A DNA stretch of 53,739 nt, counting the filler, from Asterionella formosa (taxonomy: Eukaryota): the NCBI GenBank assembly GCA_002256025.1. It is 4 parts of 4 records of this genome, joined end to end, with 100 filler letters (N's around TTAATTAATTAA, not from the genome) between each part and the next. Parts side by side here need not be neighbours in the genome. Positions count along the whole stretch, not along the records: positions 40,400 to 53,739 come from NKIB01006768.1; 3 more parts are not named here. One strand, given 5' to 3'. The notes below the pieces were generated by a model. That model made no database searches, was not told where the DNA came from, and saw nothing but the letters and a program-made list of their open reading frames with translations. Below, one piece after another: positions 49,860-53,739 of the stretch (within the stretch, counting starts at the first letter, position 1; every line of letters begins with the position of its first letter). The translations under genes were made by a program, and so were the position numbers.

Positions 49860-50078
49860 ATACCTGGTACAAATAGTTCTGCCTCCTTCGATCGACTCTT
49901 ACTGGTACACACTGCCTTCCTGCTAGGCATATATCATAGTACTGGGTACCGGGTATCTAGAACCCGGAACTATACCACTAGGAGTACACACTACACACTA
50001 CCTAGTGCCAGTAACTGCCAGTACCAGGTACAAATACCGGTATCGGTACCTGGCAACAGTACCAGGGTACGACTGGTA
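49860..50078. repeat. GGTACC/TACCWGG cluster upstream of the SP-RING gene
   Basis: tacctggtac, gggtaccgggta, agtaccaggtacaaataccggtatcggtacctgg, gtaccagggtacgactggta. Confidence 0.85.
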
Positions 50079-50129
50079 TTTGTCCCGTATGGTGTTCAAA
50101 AAACTCCAAAAACGAAAAGAAGTCAGTCA

Positions 50130-52388
50130 ATGCAAGGAGACGCGCAACCACATCACACACGTAGTACATGCTACTTTCCCAATGCTCGTTTAACAGACGA
50201 AATGGCCTCATCCATAGCGCAAGAATCTCTTTCGAAAGAAGAAAGGGAGGCATGGGAAAGCATTTTGGAAAAAAGGAGACCGGAATGGGCACAATTGAAT
50301 CCAAGCGTTCTTGATGGAATTATCAGCCTACCCTGGAGTAACTTGACCACTCAACCTCCGCTGCTATCCTCGAAGGAAAAGCTTGATTGGCTCATATCAA
50401 AGTACTTTGCGCGTTCCGTCGATACCAAAGTAGCTCCTTCCGAAAGAAGGTACGCGTGGTTGTTAGTCAAGAAACTCTTGGAGAAATCAGATCAAGCGTG
50501 GCGCCAGCACAAAAACAATCAGGAGGAGCTCGCTCTAATAGACCTAGAAACACCTTCTAGCAATACGCTAAATCTGGCAACTTCGAATACTGTAATTAAC
50601 TCGCAGAATGCTGATCTTTCTGGTACCACCCAATTTCGGACAACTGACATTCGTTTGCCGGAAGGCGGCGAAACAACGCCTCTTTCGGCAACTCAAGCTG
50701 CTGCAAAGCCACCACCTCCTTCCTCCGCCAGTAATGTAGCGCTTCGTTCGACAACAACGGCAGCGGCGAGTGTAAGCGCCAATCCGGCCTCAAGTGAGAC
50801 CAACGTAGAAGCTGCTGGGCGCTCATCATTGGTCGACAGCACGACATTAGCAGCTACCACGTCGCATAGGCTTCCTGAAACTCATTCTTATGTACGGATA
50901 AAACACGACAAAAGTAGCCCTACAGATAAATTGCCTTCGAGCTCTGTACCCATCAAGTCAATCATCGCTACAAATCAAAAGCTGAACGGCAAACATTTTG
51001 CTAATTCCAGCCAGTCCTACATGGGAGCCGCACAATCATCGGCTTCAGCCTTTTTTGTGGCTCCAACGAATGGCTCTCACCAGCATCACATGTCCAAGCC
51101 ACACGAGAAGGAAGTTGCTGAGACACCACCACCTAGATTGCCGACTTATTCAAGAGTTTGCACACCTGATCTCGTATCTCATCCTGTTCAAAACCTTTCG
51201 TCGAGCCCAGTGACTATATATTTCCCAAGAGACGATAACAAATATTATGGTGGTCTTACTGCTCGACCGATTATCAAAACCGTTCACAAACCCCAAACTA
51301 TGACAGAAGAAGCTATGAAACAAGTCAATTCTCGACTCGCAACTTGGGATCCTTATTGGAAAATGGAAGAAATTCTTGTCCTGCAACAAACCTGTCCACT
51401 TGATTCATGTGATCTGAGAAAAGATTCAGAGGTTCCAGTTCATCGAGTTGTAAGTTGCAAATTCAGTCTGACTCTGGATCAAATGGCTCAAGTGTCTGGG
51501 TGGGGAATACCTCGTGGCAACAAGCAATATGAGCAGGGTGAGACAAGACTGATAATACGAATGCTTCCAATACTAGAGCCAGAGAGGACGGCCGAGAAGG
51601 GGAAGAAAGCACGGGCTGACTTTCATATTTGGCCCAAAGGAACGTTGCTCTCGATCTGTGGCGCAGCCACTCAAATCAACCAGCGAAAGCAGCAGGCCCA
51701 CAATAAGGAATATTGGCAGGGACTTTCATATTTTCTTGACGCAACTTCCAATGTTATTCCGGATCTCCGCATGCGGCCCGAAATTTCCATTGACGCTTGT
51801 TGCTTTGAAAACAAGCCCTACGCATTATGCATTGCTATTTGCAAATTTCAGACACCAAAGGTACTGTTTGAAAATTTAATGACAAAGGCAATTGACATGC
51901 TTCCAATGAGGTTGGCCTTGCAGAATGCTCGCCAGATGACTGCACAAAATATGGTTGTCTTGGACGAAGCTGAAGACGAGGGTCAAAATGGCTCCTTTAT
52001 CTTTAAGTTGACTTGTGCCCTGTCCTCCAGCCTTATGCGTACTCCCGTTCGTTCAAAGCGTTGCAAACACTTTCAATGCTTTGACTTGGAAAACTTTCTT
52101 CAAATGAACCAGCATGTGTCAGGGACCAGATGGGAGTGTCCAGTTTGCAACAATGAACTTATTTCTGCATATGAGTTAGAACACTGTGCGTTGACCAAGA
52201 GATTACTGGATCAATACAAAGACGTGGCAAGTGCTCAGCGAGACAGGGTCGAATTCTTCGCTGACGGAACATGGAAGCTCTTGGTCGAAAAGGGAAAGCG
52301 ATATGGCAAGGTGCAAGGCAAAGACAATGAAACCCGCTCAAATGCAGCAAAGAGAGCAAAGGTAGTTGAAGTCATAGACCTTCTATAA
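50130..52388 (+). CDS. MIZ/SP-RING zinc-finger protein (PIAS/Siz-type SUMO E3 ligase-like)
   Basis: LTCALSSSLMRTPVRSKRCKHFQCFDL...WECPVC; C-terminal basic NLS and SIM-like VVEVIDL; start may be Met at 50202. Confidence 0.88.
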   Translation: MQGDAQPHHTRSTCYFPNARLTDEMASSIAQESLSKEEREAWESILEKRRPEWAQLNPSVLDGIISLPWSNLTTQPPLLSSKEKLDWLISKYFARSVDTKVAPSERRYAWLLVKKLLEKSDQAWRQHKNNQEELALIDLETPSSNTLNLATSNTVINSQNADLSGTTQFRTTDIRLPEGGETTPLSATQAAAKPPPPSSASNVALRSTTTAAASVSANPASSETNVEAAGRSSLVDSTTLAATTSHRLPETHSYVRIKHDKSSPTDKLPSSSVPIKSIIATNQKLNGKHFANSSQSYMGAAQSSASAFFVAPTNGSHQHHMSKPHEKEVAETPPPRLPTYSRVCTPDLVSHPVQNLSSSPVTIYFPRDDNKYYGGLTARPIIKTVHKPQTMTEEAMKQVNSRLATWDPYWKMEEILVLQQTCPLDSCDLRKDSEVPVHRVVSCKFSLTLDQMAQVSGWGIPRGNKQYEQGETRLIIRMLPILEPERTAEKGKKARADFHIWPKGTLLSICGAATQINQRKQQAHNKEYWQGLSYFLDATSNVIPDLRMRPEISIDACCFENKPYALCIAICKFQTPKVLFENLMTKAIDMLPMRLALQNARQMTAQNMVVLDEAEDEGQNGSFIFKLTCALSSSLMRTPVRSKRCKHFQCFDLENFLQMNQHVSGTRWECPVCNNELISAYELEHCALTKRLLDQYKDVASAQRDRVEFFADGTWKLLVEKGKRYGKVQGKDNETRSNAAKRAKVVEVIDLL

Positions 52389-53563
52389 ATATCAAGTGTA
52401 ACAATCTACCTGACATTGCTAATTTGAGACAACAGCAGACATTTCAAAACATTCAGGAATGATTCAGATATTAGTCAAGGACTTTGATATGTTCCTACAG
52501 CAACATGGCTCATCCGTCATTTTTGATGTTGAAGTCAATATCGTAGAATATCAATATCATATGTTGCAATATTGAGGTTTCGACTGTTCTGTTGGACCAT
52601 TTCAGTCAAATGCTACATAGAACCTACTTTCTACCTTATTTTTGCTTCATTACAAAGTACAAGGATCAAGTGGAAAGGACTGCTGAATGTACTCAGGAGA
52701 ATCCTGTAAAATGTTAAAGCATTCACTCTAGTAGTGAAAAGAGTGTCTTGTTCATTGTAATGATGATTAATGGTACTATACCTACTGTTATATCTCTTTG
52801 AAAATCCTGTAGTCTAGTTGCACAATAGCATACTGAGAAAGCAATGCTGTCACAGCTTATAAATGCAATTCACAGGGGAATCTGTTGGCTAAATGAGCTG
52901 AATATACATGCACCAAATTGGAACAACTTTTCTACACAAGTTTTCTGGGATTTTATTTTCGATGACCTGCCTTGCCTTAAAAATAGTAAAGACTCGATTA
53001 CAAGCTATGGGAAGGTGCATGGGAGTACTAGTCATCCGAATGTCAAAAGCGAATTTGTATGAGAAGGAATCAATTATTCTTGTGTTTTTGCAAAGAAGCC
53101 CTACTATCAAGTTTCTTGCTCAAACAAAAACAAGGGGAAAGGTACTAACCTCAGACCTATGGTGAAAGTAAGCATGTCAAGTGACAAAGCATTAACATCA
53201 ACATTATTAACAAGGAGTACGGCATTATAGCTATACTTGCATACTTCAACTTCAAGAGCTGTAAAGATCTTGAAAAATGATAATATGAGAGGATACAGAA
53301 CAATTTGACACAATCCCCATTAACATTTTCGACCTGGTCGAATGCTTCAAAACAATAGCCAGGTACTATGGCCCATATTACAATATACCTTTCTTGAAGG
53401 GTGATAAAAGCAATGGTACAACCTAAAATGTTTTGAAGATTTTGAACTGAAAGCCAACTCGAGTAAACTCACGTTTTGGACTAAATATGCTAGACACGAA
53501 CACAATTAATGAAGCAATAAAATAGTGATTAATATTTTAAAAAGGTTAATTAAAATTTTATAG

Positions 53564-53739
53564 TGGGCGCGCTTTGATAATAAAAAATTATTATATCATG
53601 TGTGTATTATAACACAAATTATTCTGGTGATCTGCTACATAATATCGTCCTTGCGCTCTGATAATAAAGATATTTTAGATTACTTCTCTGACATTATATA
53701 TATTTTTAACTTTAATTTTCAACAGTTAAATTTTCATAT
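53564..53739 (+). mobile_element. dispersed repeat / transposon terminus (homologous to 26077-26250), cut by the window end
   Basis: Collinear similarity over ~175 bp with 26077-26250. Confidence 0.75.

Noticed and set aside
47979..49860. Target-site duplication around the Gypsy element
   Set aside because: The flanks GGGGT and CGGGA do not match, so a TSD cannot be claimed.
52844..53313. Short overlapping ORFs downstream of the SP-RING gene
   Set aside because: Fragmented and AT-rich with no motif I can support.

Overview
This is eukaryotic nuclear DNA, most likely from a diatom. That call is an inference from the short GT-AG introns, diatom-type LRR, ankyrin and CRAL-TRIO genes, and CoDi-like Copia and Harbinger remnants. 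Three 100-bp scaffold spacers (N44-TTAATTAATTAA-N44) interrupt the window. Host genes: a transmembrane LRR protein (2 introns), an FAD glycerol-3-phosphate dehydrogenase with EF-hands, a divergent HIBCH/crotonase-family protein, a thioredoxin-fold protein (1 intron), a disrupted ankyrin-repeat gene, a secreted mucin-like LRR protein, a CRAL-TRIO protein (2 introns) and a SP-RING/MIZ SUMO-ligase-like protein. These gene islands are separated by decayed, nested transposons (Harbinger, mariner, pogo-like, IS630/Tc1-like, Copia, Gypsy LTR). The most striking unexplained signal is a TA-anchored micro-insertion pattern (TA to TA-CCGG-TA, TA-CCAG-TA, TA-CCWGG-TA, TA-GC-TA). It is visible as copy-specific insertions in repeat families and builds (GGTACCW)n arrays just upstream of six of the eight host genes. 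Two TA-flanked TIR elements in the window end in CCWG...CWGG, so these arrays may be accumulated transposon excision footprints or boundary elements. That link is a hypothesis.
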